Positions 25,424 through 33,890 of a stretch of DNA of 41,471 nt are shown piece by piece (position 1 is the first letter of the stretch; each line of letters opens with the position of its first letter). This stretch comes from Phycisphaeraceae bacterium (GTDB lineage Bacteria > Planctomycetota > Phycisphaerae > Phycisphaerales > SM1A02). Position numbers and translations under genes: made by a program. Location of the stretch: the NCBI GenBank assembly GCA_040380385.1, contig JBEIJG010000001.1, forward strand, positions 1 through 41,471. The letters are read 5' to 3'. Under the pieces are notes generated by a model that was not told the DNA's origin, searched no databases, and was given only the letters and a program-made list of their open reading frames with translations.

Positions 25424-27241
25424 ATGCATCTCATCACGTCTCAGCTCACTCGCACCATGCTCCTCGCAACACCCGCCATGTTCATCGCGACTCTCGCCTC
25501 GGCGGGTGATGCGCTCTCGATCCGCGAACTCGCGCCCGCGAGCGCGATCGTGGTGGTCGGCGCCGACGACGTCCGCGGCATGATCGATCGCATGGGCCCA
25601 ACGGCGCTCGGCAAGCTCTGGAATGACCCTGCGTTGGCGGAAGACGTCAAGTCGATCAAGTCGAGCTTCCAAGAGGGCATCAACGAAGCCGCGACCGCGG
25701 CGGGTATTGACCCAGCGACCGTCACGTGGCCTGCGAGCGTTGGCCTTGCGGTCATGGCAGAAGTCGACGAGGAACTCGGGCTTCCGAGCGCGCAATACAT
25801 CTTCTTCTGCGATTGGAGCAAGGAAGCGGAAGGCGCCGCGAAGATGCTCGAGGCATTCGTCGCGAACGCAGAGAAGGAAGCGAAGGACGGCGGGAGCGAT
25901 GTGACGTTCGAAGAAGTCCGCGGTCGCCGCGTCCTTGTCATGAAGGACAAGCCCGTCGAAGAGGGCGCGGAAGACGGCATGGGCGAGGACGGTATGGGCG
26001 AGGAAGGCATGGACGACTTCGGTCCGTTCGGCATGATGCCGGACCTCGGTCCGAAGGAAACCTGCATGGTGCACGACGGCTCGCGCATGTTGGTCGCGAG
26101 CTCGGTTGCGACCATGGACATGTTGCTTGCGCGCGTCGACGGTGCGCGCGAGAAGCCTGTCGGCGACAGTGAGAACTTCAAGGGCGCGATGGAAGTCGCC
26201 GGCGGCGTCGGCGATATCTACGCGGTGCTCTCAACCGACAACGTGAAGCCGCTGCTCGCCGCATTCCCGCCCTTCATGATCGTCGAGCCGCTCGTCGGTC
26301 GTTTCTTCGGCAACATCGAAGCGTGGAGCCTCTCGCTTCACCTCCGCGACGGCGTTATCGAGCAGAACATCGGTTGCTACGTGCCAGATGGCAAAGTCGG
26401 TCTGCTCGCGCTCGTCGATGCGCCGAGCTTGCCTTCGGCACCGCCGGCGATCGTGCCGTCCGATGCTCTGAGTTACGGCCGCATGAACGTGCGCTTTGAC
26501 AAGATGGTTTCGGTCATCGACGAGGCGATCGCGGGCCTTCCCGCGGATCAATCCGAGATGATCAAGCCGCAGATCGACATGTATCGCCCTGCGATGACCG
26601 CTGCGTTCGCGGCGATGGGGCCTGAAGTGCACATTTGGTCGCTCGAAGGTGATGCAGCCGATCCGCTTACGGCGGGCGCGACCGTCACGGCGATCGCGAT
26701 GAAGAATGACAAGGAAAGCGCGGCCGCGGTCAGCGACTTCATGAACTTGCTTCCGCTCGGTCTTCAGTCGCGCGACTTCAATGGCATGACCATCATGTCG
26801 GATGAGTTCTCGCCGGTCGCTGTCGGAATTGGCGGAGGCTACATGGTGGTTGGCGCAACGAAGGATGTCGAGCAAGCGCTGCGCGCGGTCGACGCGAAGG
26901 GCGAGCAGGGACTCGCAGGCGATGCACAGTTCACGACCTCGATGGCAACGCTCGGCAAGGACCCTGTTGTCGGCATGGCATGGTGGAATCTCGGTCGACA
27001 GATGGAGTCAACAAGCCGCATGCTCGCAGCGCTCACCGATCAAGTCGGTGGCGCCGCTGGACTCGGCGAGGACGGCGCGATTCCGGGTGTGGATGTCGGT
27101 ATGGACGACCTCACCGGCATGACGAAGCTCTTCAAGGCCGAAGTTGTGAAGCGTTGCTTCGGTGACGCACTGCTCGACTTCACGTCGACGAAGGCTGGCT
27201 TCATGACGCGTTACCGCATGATGCCAGCTGCGGCGAAGTGA
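25424..27241 (+). CDS. Secreted hypothetical protein (605 aa) with an acidic EDGMG repeat
   Basis: The ATG at 25424 gives MHLITSQLTRTMLLATPAMFIATLASAGD. A long ORF with consistent codon bias follows. There is an internal EDGMGEDGMGEEGMDD repeat. No family was recognised. Confidence 0.7.
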   Translation: MHLITSQLTRTMLLATPAMFIATLASAGDALSIRELAPASAIVVVGADDVRGMIDRMGPTALGKLWNDPALAEDVKSIKSSFQEGINEAATAAGIDPATVTWPASVGLAVMAEVDEELGLPSAQYIFFCDWSKEAEGAAKMLEAFVANAEKEAKDGGSDVTFEEVRGRRVLVMKDKPVEEGAEDGMGEDGMGEEGMDDFGPFGMMPDLGPKETCMVHDGSRMLVASSVATMDMLLARVDGAREKPVGDSENFKGAMEVAGGVGDIYAVLSTDNVKPLLAAFPPFMIVEPLVGRFFGNIEAWSLSLHLRDGVIEQNIGCYVPDGKVGLLALVDAPSLPSAPPAIVPSDALSYGRMNVRFDKMVSVIDEAIAGLPADQSEMIKPQIDMYRPAMTAAFAAMGPEVHIWSLEGDAADPLTAGATVTAIAMKNDKESAAAVSDFMNLLPLGLQSRDFNGMTIMSDEFSPVAVGIGGGYMVVGATKDVEQALRAVDAKGEQGLAGDAQFTTSMATLGKDPVVGMAWWNLGRQMESTSRMLAALTDQVGGAAGLGEDGAIPGVDVGMDDLTGMTKLFKAEVVKRCFGDALLDFTSTKAGFMTRYRMMPAAAK

Positions 27242-27283
27242 TTTCGCTCGCGTTTCGGCGGTCGGATACATGAAATCTCGAAC

Positions 27284-27320
27284 AAACACGCCGCGCAGTT
27301 GCGCGGCGTGTTTCTTTCGT
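27284..27320. terminator. Intrinsic terminator between convergent genes
   Basis: aaacacgccgcgc-agtt-gcgcggcgtgttt followed by ctttcgt. Confidence 0.8.
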
Positions 27321-27393
27321 CGTGAGATCTTTCTGGCGGGCGAACTTGGTAAGACCGTCGCGGTCAGGTTTGCGCGCGATGTTGCCTCATCAA

Positions 27394-28275
27394 TCACCGC
27401 ATCGCCATCCACTGCATCGCCGCGTCGATCTCGCGGGTGCCGAGTGTGTGAAAGTCATCGTGTCGCGCGTGGGCAAGACTCGACCAATGTGAGAGACGCG
27501 CAGACTGCGCGATCGCGCGCGCTTCATCGAGTGGAGTCACGGGATCGACTTCACCCGCGATGACGGCAAGCGGGCAGTCAAGACGGGCCGCGGCCTCGCG
27601 GGTGGATCGTTCGCGCACACCGAGCGCGGCAAGTGCGGTCAACGCGGGAGCGACGAGCGGTCGTCGCGGCATCGCGCGGAGTTCGAGTCGCGCGCCCAAG
27701 GGCGTGCGGAGTCGCTCATACGGAGCAAGTGCGAGGACACCGCGTGTGCGCGGAGCGAGTTCTGGAAGCGCCGCGGCATGGATCGCAATCGTTGCGCCGA
27801 GTGAGTGACCTGCGAGCAAAAGTTGCCCTGTCGTTGCTTGCGCGGCAAGCGCGGCAACAAAGCGATCTTCATCGGTCCCGAGGCGCGTCGATCGTCCGCT
27901 CGCATCCCCGTGCCCCGGAAGATCCGGCAACAAGAAGCGTCTCGCGTGTGGAAGCAGCGGCCCGAGTCGGGCAAGCGCGTCGAAGCGAGAGCGCGCGAAG
28001 CCATGCAGAAAGATCAGGGTTGGCGCGGCGGGATCGGCCTCGCCAACTTCGAAGACGGGGCACGATGCGCCTTCAAACTCGAAGTTCCACTCGCGGCCGT
28101 CAAGACCCCACGCGGTCGGCTCGGTCGGATATCCGCGAGCAAGCGCCCAACCAACACTTCGTCGCTCGGGGCGCAGCGCTTCGCGCACAACACCCGCGAC
28201 GGCACCGGCCCAAACGAGCGCGCCAGTGGTGCCAAGAAAGGCGGCTGCACCGAGGATGGCTGATGCGTCAGGCAC
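27394..28275 (-). CDS. Alpha/beta-fold hydrolase
   Basis: PTLIFLHGFARS, the nucleophile elbow LLAGHSLGATIA and a C-terminal HDDFH are present. There is an N-terminal hydrophobic helix. GTG start at 28275. Confidence 0.75.
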   Translation of the reverse strand: MPDASAILGAAAFLGTTGALVWAGAVAGVVREALRPERRSVGWALARGYPTEPTAWGLDGREWNFEFEGASCPVFEVGEADPAAPTLIFLHGFARSRFDALARLGPLLPHARRFLLPDLPGHGDASGRSTRLGTDEDRFVAALAAQATTGQLLLAGHSLGATIAIHAAALPELAPRTRGVLALAPYERLRTPLGARLELRAMPRRPLVAPALTALAALGVRERSTREAAARLDCPLAVIAGEVDPVTPLDEARAIAQSARLSHWSSLAHARHDDFHTLGTREIDAAMQWMAMR

Positions 28276-28301
28276 ACGGGGATGCTACACAGGACCGCGA
28301 T

Positions 28302-28340
28302 GATGGAGCGTGGTGTTGGAGCGTGATGTTGGAGCGGGAG
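28302..28340. repeat. 13-bp tandem repeat x3
   Basis: gatggagcgtggt, gttggagcgtgat and gttggagcgggag, lying 27-65 bp upstream of the hydrolase start. Confidence 0.8.
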
Positions 28341-28370
28341 GCTGAAGCGCGTTGCACCTTCGCTGCGCTG

Positions 28371-28442
28371 CTCGACATGTGACTCGATATGTGAGTCGAC
28401 ATGCGACGCGACATGCGACACGACTTGAGGCTCCATGTGACG
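28371..28442. repeat. 12-bp tandem repeat x6 (degenerating)
   Basis: cgacatgtgact, cgatatgtgagt, cgacatgcgacg, cgacatgcgaca, cgacttgaggct and ccatgtgacgcc. Confidence 0.8.
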
Positions 28443-28459
28443 CCCGCGAACGCGGACCG

Positions 28460-28795
28460 CTACTCCGCCTCGAACATTCGGCGATTCGTGCCGCCTTCAC
28501 CGACGGGAACTTCGAGTTTCGCGAAGCACTTCGGACAGCGTCCGACATAGCTCAGGCCGTCGGGCGACTTTGGAAGGCGTCCGTACGTCGCGCAGCAGCG
28601 GAACCAGATCATGAGGAACGGTTTGGATGTGCCCGCGCCGCCTGCAGCGCGGGCGGCGTCGCCAGTGTGCTGTGTGCGCTGCGTGCGCAATCCGTCAATG
28701 TCGACGATGTCGCGTGGGTCGGGCACGGGAGTGTCCTCAGAGGGGCTTGGCAGACATTTCGGTCTGAAAACCCGCGCGGCTTGAACGTCGCTCAC
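28460..28795 (-). CDS. Small hypothetical protein with C-terminal Cys-rich (zinc-ribbon-like) segment
   Basis: WFRCCATYGRLPKSPDGLSYVGRCPKCFAKLEV. The GTG start at 28795 overlaps the upstream TGA (GTGA). Confidence 0.5.
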   Translation of the reverse strand: MSDVQAARVFRPKCLPSPSEDTPVPDPRDIVDIDGLRTQRTQHTGDAARAAGGAGTSKPFLMIWFRCCATYGRLPKSPDGLSYVGRCPKCFAKLEVPVGEGGTNRRMFEAE

Positions 28796-29412
28796 GAAAC
28801 GCGGGCGCGATTGGCCTGCGCCTGCGCGCGCAACGCGCCAAGCGCGGCCTCGCTGCGCGCCGTGATGGTGGCGGCTTCCGCGCGGTCGGCCAGCGACGGT
28901 GTATTGATCCGTACGTTCTCGATCGCGGCATCGGCGGCCGCGACCGCGAGGTCGAACGCGATGCGGAGGTCGCTCGCGAGCGATGCACTCGTCGTTCCAA
29001 CGAGTACCTCAAGCGCCGCGACCGTCTCGGCCGCGAGCATGAGCGTTGCTTCAGGCGCCGCGATCGCGGCGCGCACCGCTTCGTCAAAACCTGTACGAGC
29101 GGGATCGTCCTTCGGCAACTTCCAGAGGCGATTGAGCGCGCCATACGCGCATGCGTCACTCTCTGCGAGTTCGATCGCACGTAGACGACCAGTTTCAAAG
29201 CGCAGCAATGCCGCGCGATGTGCCGCGTCATGTGCCGCGAACTTCGCTTTCCCGATCGCGTAACCCACGACCATCGAGCCGAGAGCGTTTGCCTGCGCAA
29301 GCGTGACGCCCGCAACGGCACCGCCACCGGGAACAGGCGTCGCAGACGCGAGTCGGTCGAGGTATTCGCCGACCGTCATCGCGCGAAGGTCGAGCGGCGA
29401 GGCGTCGCTCAC
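28792..29412 (-). CDS. Cyclodeaminase/cyclohydrolase-family protein (formiminotetrahydrofolate cyclodeaminase-like)
   Basis: YLDRLASATPVPGGGAVAGVTLAQANALGSMVVGYAIGK is the characteristic P-x-P-G-G-G-(A/S) N-terminal motif of the family, on an all-helical body. The GTG at 29412 overlaps the pheT TGA. Confidence 0.7.
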   Translation of the reverse strand: MSDASPLDLRAMTVGEYLDRLASATPVPGGGAVAGVTLAQANALGSMVVGYAIGKAKFAAHDAAHRAALLRFETGRLRAIELAESDACAYGALNRLWKLPKDDPARTGFDEAVRAAIAAPEATLMLAAETVAALEVLVGTTSASLASDLRIAFDLAVAAADAAIENVRINTPSLADRAEAATITARSEAALGALRAQAQANRARVS

Positions 29413-31472
29413 GATCGGATCTCCGCGCCGAGCTTCGAACACAACGCGTCGATGGCGCGCGCGACCGACGCGTCGGCCTCTTCGCTCTTCATCGTGCCAT
29501 CGGGCTTTCGGAAGACGAGACGCAACGACACGCTCTTCTTCGAGTCGCCGATCTGCTTGCCGCGGAAGGTTGTGACAAAGGAAACCGACTCAAGATCGGC
29601 GAGGCCAAGCCCGCGAATCGTCGATTCGATGTCGCCATACGCGACGGCTTCAGCGACGATCGCGGAAATGTCGCGATCCGCCGCTGGGAAGGCAGGCAAC
29701 TCCACGGCCGCATTTTCCGGTGGATAGTGCGCGAAGAGCCCACGCAGTTCGAGTTCTGCAGCGGCCGTCGGCTTCTCCAAGCCATGCGCCTTGAGAACAC
29801 GCTGATCCATGACGCCGACAATGCCGATCTCGGCGCCATCCACGACAACGCGCGCCGAAGCCGCGAGCCACGAGCGCGCACCAGGCGCAGGCACAAACTC
29901 AACACGCGCGCGGTGCGGCGCGACCATGTGCAGCAGGCGCTCAACCACACCACGCATCAAACGGAACGCGCCCTGGCCGCCGTGGGAGTCACGCGCGTCG
30001 ATCGGCGCGTCAGCGACAAGCGCGAGCGTGGGCCGCTCGACGTGTGTGCCGCCCGCGTGATGGAAGGCGCTCGCGAACTCGAAGAGACGGAGCTGCGCGA
30101 GGCCCTGATCCTCGTTGTGGCGACGCACACGAAGAAGACTCGTCACGACGCTTGGTCGAAGTGCGGGCTCGCCGCCCGCGCGTTCGTCATCGACGCGGAG
30201 CACAGTCGCACCTGCCGGTAGAAACGCTTCCGCTGCTTTTTCTGCCACGAGCGAATGGGTGATGGTTTCAACAAATCCCATGCCAACGAGGAGATCCTTG
30301 ACGTCACGAGTTCCGCGCTCGATTGGATTGCGACGGGGAACGCGAATGGCAAGCGTGTCGGCGACGGGCACCGCATCGAGCCCGTTCAGTCGGCAGACTT
30401 CTTCGATGAGATCTATCTCGCGTTCGACATCGACTCGGCGCGCGGGTGCGATCGTCTCAATCACTTCACTCGCGCCCGAGCCCGTGACGCGCGGCGAGAA
30501 TCCGAGCGTGTCGAGCAGTTCGACCATGCGCGCGGTCGAAACATCAAAGCCGAGAATCTGCCGAGCGCGTGCGGGACGCAGCGCAATGGCGCGAGAGGGT
30601 GGCAGGGGAGCGCCGTCGGCAACCACGCCCGCTTCGAGCGTGCCGCCAGCGATCTCCAAAATCAACGCTGCGAGGCGATCTGCGGCGGCGTCGACTTCCG
30701 CCGCATGCACGTTGCGCTCGAAGCGATACGAAGAGTCGCTCGCGATGCCGTGGCGGCGGCTCGTGTTGCGCACGGAAACCGCGTCAAACGTTGCGGCCTC
30801 GAGCACAAGATCGGTGGTTGAGTCGCCGACGCTCGCAAGCGCGCCGCCTTTGACGCCCGCGAGGGCGACGGGGCGATCGCGATCTGCGATGACGAGGTCG
30901 TTCGTCGAGAGTTTGACCTCCTTTGCGTCGGCGCCGAGTGGAAGGAAGGCTTCGCCATCCTTCGCGCGGCGCACATGAATCTCGCCACCCGCGAGCGTGG
31001 CGAGATCGAACACGTGCGTGGGCTGGCCGAGTTCGAACAGAACGAAATTTGTGGCGTCGACGACGTTGTTGCGTGGGATCTGTCCGATCGCGATCAGGCG
31101 TCGTTGCAGCCACTCGGGGCTTGGGCCAACCTTGACGCCGCGAATGACGCGCGCTGTGTAACGCGGACAAAGCGCAGGCTCGTGGTTCTTCACGCGCACC
31201 GATGCCGCGGCTTCGCCTTTCGTCGCTGGCAGCGCGGCCTTCGGCATCCGCACTGCACGACCTGTGACCGCCGCAACTTCACGCGCCATGCCGACGTGGC
31301 AAAGACAGTCTCCGCGATTCGAAGTGGTTTCGATTTCTTGCCAATGCTCGCCGTTGTCGGCGACGCCATCACCATCAAGCGGAAGGCCCGCGGAGGTGAG
31401 TGCAGCCGCCTGCTCCGTCGCGTCGGCGGGGCGGTCGAGATAGTCGTTCAGCCAGAGCACGCTCGTGCGCAT
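29409..31472 (-). CDS. pheT: Phenylalanine--tRNA ligase beta subunit (short form lacking the N-terminal OB tRNA-binding domain)
   Basis: The protein begins MRTSVLWLNDYLDRPADATEQAAALTSAGLPLDG and continues with NRGDCLCHVGMAREVAA. The B3/4, B5, core and C-terminal FDX-ACB-like (AADRDISAIV ... SVSLRLVFR) segments follow. ATG at 31472 inside ORF 29409..31694. Confidence 0.9.
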   Translation of the reverse strand: MRTSVLWLNDYLDRPADATEQAAALTSAGLPLDGDGVADNGEHWQEIETTSNRGDCLCHVGMAREVAAVTGRAVRMPKAALPATKGEAAASVRVKNHEPALCPRYTARVIRGVKVGPSPEWLQRRLIAIGQIPRNNVVDATNFVLFELGQPTHVFDLATLAGGEIHVRRAKDGEAFLPLGADAKEVKLSTNDLVIADRDRPVALAGVKGGALASVGDSTTDLVLEAATFDAVSVRNTSRRHGIASDSSYRFERNVHAAEVDAAADRLAALILEIAGGTLEAGVVADGAPLPPSRAIALRPARARQILGFDVSTARMVELLDTLGFSPRVTGSGASEVIETIAPARRVDVEREIDLIEEVCRLNGLDAVPVADTLAIRVPRRNPIERGTRDVKDLLVGMGFVETITHSLVAEKAAEAFLPAGATVLRVDDERAGGEPALRPSVVTSLLRVRRHNEDQGLAQLRLFEFASAFHHAGGTHVERPTLALVADAPIDARDSHGGQGAFRLMRGVVERLLHMVAPHRARVEFVPAPGARSWLAASARVVVDGAEIGIVGVMDQRVLKAHGLEKPTAAAELELRGLFAHYPPENAAVELPAFPAADRDISAIVAEAVAYGDIESTIRGLGLADLESVSFVTTFRGKQIGDSKKSVSLRLVFRKPDGTMKSEEADASVARAIDALCSKLGAEIRS

Positions 31473-31524
31473 AGGCCGGAGAGAGTACCGCGTCTGACGC
31501 CGCTTGTTCGTGTACCTTCCCCGC

Positions 31525-32349
31525 ATGTTCGCGGCGAAATTGAAACTCCTTCCTATCCGCGTTGGCGACGTGTGCAACGGGCTCGCGATCTTGGTTTGCG
31601 CCTCGGGATTCGGGAGCCTCGTCGGCTGCGCCTCGCAGTCCGCGACCAGTGCGACTTCTGCGACTGCTGCGACCACAGCGTCATCGAGCCCCACGTTCGC
31701 TTCGACAGAGTCAACCGCAACATCCGACCCCGTCGGCTCGGTTCCGTCGGATCTCTGGATCGAAGTCGATGTCTCGCCCGGACGCGGGGTGAAAGATCGC
31801 GCGAAGATCGAAGAGCGTGCCGCGCGGTTCGTACTTCTCCCGGATGGATCGTTGCACGGCGAGGCCGACCGCGTTCCGCACGATGAACTCCGGCCCGCAC
31901 GGGTTCGACGACTCTCGCGCGAGCAGATGGTTGATGTTTGGTCGACGCTGCGGAGTTTGGGTTTCGCCGATGCGGGCTTCGCGGATACGCGTGGGAACCC
32001 GAAGTTGGTCGAGCCCGCCGCTGGCGAAGTGCTTGCAACGCTTGAAGTCCACGCGGATGGCGAGCGATACGTATTTGTGCGGCGCTATCAACCCGGTGGT
32101 GATGACCAACCGGCGATGCGACGCATGGTGCGTTCGATCGCTTCGTTGGCGTGGTCGAGCGACGAAGCACTCGCTGAAACCGCGGAACTTCCGCTGCGCT
32201 ACGACCTTGGAAGTGATCCATACGCGCGCTTTGCGAAGCCCGCGGTCACTCCTCCGACGACAAGTCCCTCGACCACTCCGACGACCAATCCAGCGCCTTC
32301 ACCCACGCCTGCTCCTGCAAACTCGCCAAGCGGGAGCGCGAGGCCATGA
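31525..32349 (+). CDS. Lipoprotein, hypothetical
   Basis: MFAAKLKLLPIRVGDVCNGLAILVCASGFGSLVGCAS contains a lipobox (LVGC). A Ser/Thr-rich linker follows, and the tail is Pro/Thr-rich. Confidence 0.65.
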   Translation: MFAAKLKLLPIRVGDVCNGLAILVCASGFGSLVGCASQSATSATSATAATTASSSPTFASTESTATSDPVGSVPSDLWIEVDVSPGRGVKDRAKIEERAARFVLLPDGSLHGEADRVPHDELRPARVRRLSREQMVDVWSTLRSLGFADAGFADTRGNPKLVEPAAGEVLATLEVHADGERYVFVRRYQPGGDDQPAMRRMVRSIASLAWSSDEALAETAELPLRYDLGSDPYARFAKPAVTPPTTSPSTTPTTNPAPSPTPAPANSPSGSARP

Positions 32350-32432
32350 AGCGGGAGCGCGAGGCCATGAAGCGGGAGCGCGAGGCCATGAAGCGGGAGC
32401 GCGAAGCCATGAAGCGGGAGCGCGAACTCACA
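32328..32432. repeat. 21-bp tandem repeat, 4 copies plus one diverged copy
   Basis: aagcgggagcgcgaggccatg x3 (perfect), a fourth copy with one G>A change, and a fifth (aagcgggagcgcgaactcaca) abutting the ATG at 32433. The first unit contains the TGA of the upstream gene. Confidence 0.95.
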
Positions 32433-32957
32433 ATGTTCGCTCGCTCGAGCAATCACTGGCGCGCACTGTTCGCGCTTCTTTCCGCTGTCACGCTTTTCAC
32501 CAGCGTGTCGACTCCGGCGTTTCTTGTTGGTTGCGGACCAACAGCTGTGAAGAACGATCGCACCGAGGGAACATCTCTCGAGATGCATTGGAACAATGCC
32601 GCGAAAGATCGCATCAGCTACTACATCGTCGAAACCTCCGGCGAATTCCGCAGCGCTGGCGGCGCGATGGCGGCCGATCGCACGACGACTTTCCGTACGC
32701 CGCTTCGCGACGAAGACATCGCGGAGTTCCTTCGATTGGTGATTGCGCTGAACGCAGCGAATCGCGCAGAAGAAGTGGGCGAGAAGGGCGATCGCACGGA
32801 AGTCGTTGTGCGTGATGCGCGCGGAAAGCACGCGTTTTTGGTGTTCGGGCCCGATACGCAAGTCGACGCGTTGCGTGCGTGGTGCGCGTCGATCGCGTTG
32901 CGTCAGTATCGCGACACGATCGATGCGCAGCCTGAAGCGGGACCGCGCACGCGTTGA
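32433..32957 (+). CDS. Lipoprotein, hypothetical (likely paralog of the upstream gene)
   Basis: MFARSSNHWRALFALLSAVTLFTSVSTPAFLVGCG contains a lipobox. The segment layout is similar to the upstream lipoprotein (by-eye alignment only). Confidence 0.65.
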   Translation: MFARSSNHWRALFALLSAVTLFTSVSTPAFLVGCGPTAVKNDRTEGTSLEMHWNNAAKDRISYYIVETSGEFRSAGGAMAADRTTTFRTPLRDEDIAEFLRLVIALNAANRAEEVGEKGDRTEVVVRDARGKHAFLVFGPDTQVDALRAWCASIALRQYRDTIDAQPEAGPRTR

Positions 32958-33890
32958 TCGAGTGGCCTCGCGCAACGCTGTGCGCCACGCGCATGCACAA
33001 CCAAAACGAGATATTGGCCTCCGGCGGAATCCCACATGCGACCATCGCTGCGCGAACTCAACGCGAAGTTTGAAAATGTGCGGCGTGTGAGGAGTTCTCC
33101 CTCTGTCCGCGGCATGGAAGCCAGGACACGAGCTCCAAGGACGGTGGCTCGAACGAACGACATGTCAAGCGTGCAACGCACGCTGGATGAAGAGAACTGC
33201 GCGATGCGATGGATTGCATCGTGAGGCGGCGACGTGCGGTGCAAGGATGCGCTGATCGTGCTCCGCTGGACGACGGAAGTCCCTGGATTTTGAGTCCCCA
33301 AATTTTGATTACCGGATTTTGAGTGCCGGAATCTGATGACAGGAAGCCGAACTCTTGAGAGGCCGCCCGGGGACTTCCGTCGATCCAATCAACACCCGTG
33401 ACTCGCCCCGCAGTGTGGCTTTTGAAACTCTCGGATCTATTGGGTCTTTTGATTCTTCTGGGTCTCGCGGTTCGACGCGCCGGGCGGCGGCGCTTCGACC
33501 GTCGACACAGCAGGTCAAGAGACTGGGCTGAAGCTTCGGCAATTCGCTCCGAAGGCTGGCTCTCGCGAGGTGGATCCTGCGCGGCCAGCAGGACTCGGCT
33601 TTCTGTACTCGCTCTCAACGCGACCTTGCGTCGCAACAGAGCACACCAACTTCGAAACTCTCCGAGTGCCCGCGCGTTGCCTCTGCGCGGGCGCTTTTGC
33701 GCACATTCTGCGCGGTCCCAAGCGACTCTCGAAAATCGAGAGAAGTTGGCGAAAGCGCACGCGAGCGACCCTGGTTCGGTTGAAGCGGGACGGATGGCAC
33801 GTCGCGCGGGTCCGAGAATGGACCAACCCGCTGGGGGCGGGTGCTTCGTCGGGGCACAGGACGTGCCCGAAACCCACAGGAGTGGCCGAC

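Noticed and set aside
32346-32432. MKREREA x4 N-terminal extension of the second lipoprotein, as drawn in the ORF track
   Set aside because: The extension is produced by the 21-bp DNA repeat, and a highly charged segment ahead of a lipoprotein signal peptide is implausible as the normal product. The ATG at 32433 is kept as the start. The possibility of regulated use is reported as a finding.
33460-33485. tRNA-like ggttcga T-loop motif
   Set aside because: The flanking bases cannot form a 5-bp T-stem, and no acceptor or anticodon arms could be built. No tRNA is called anywhere in the window.
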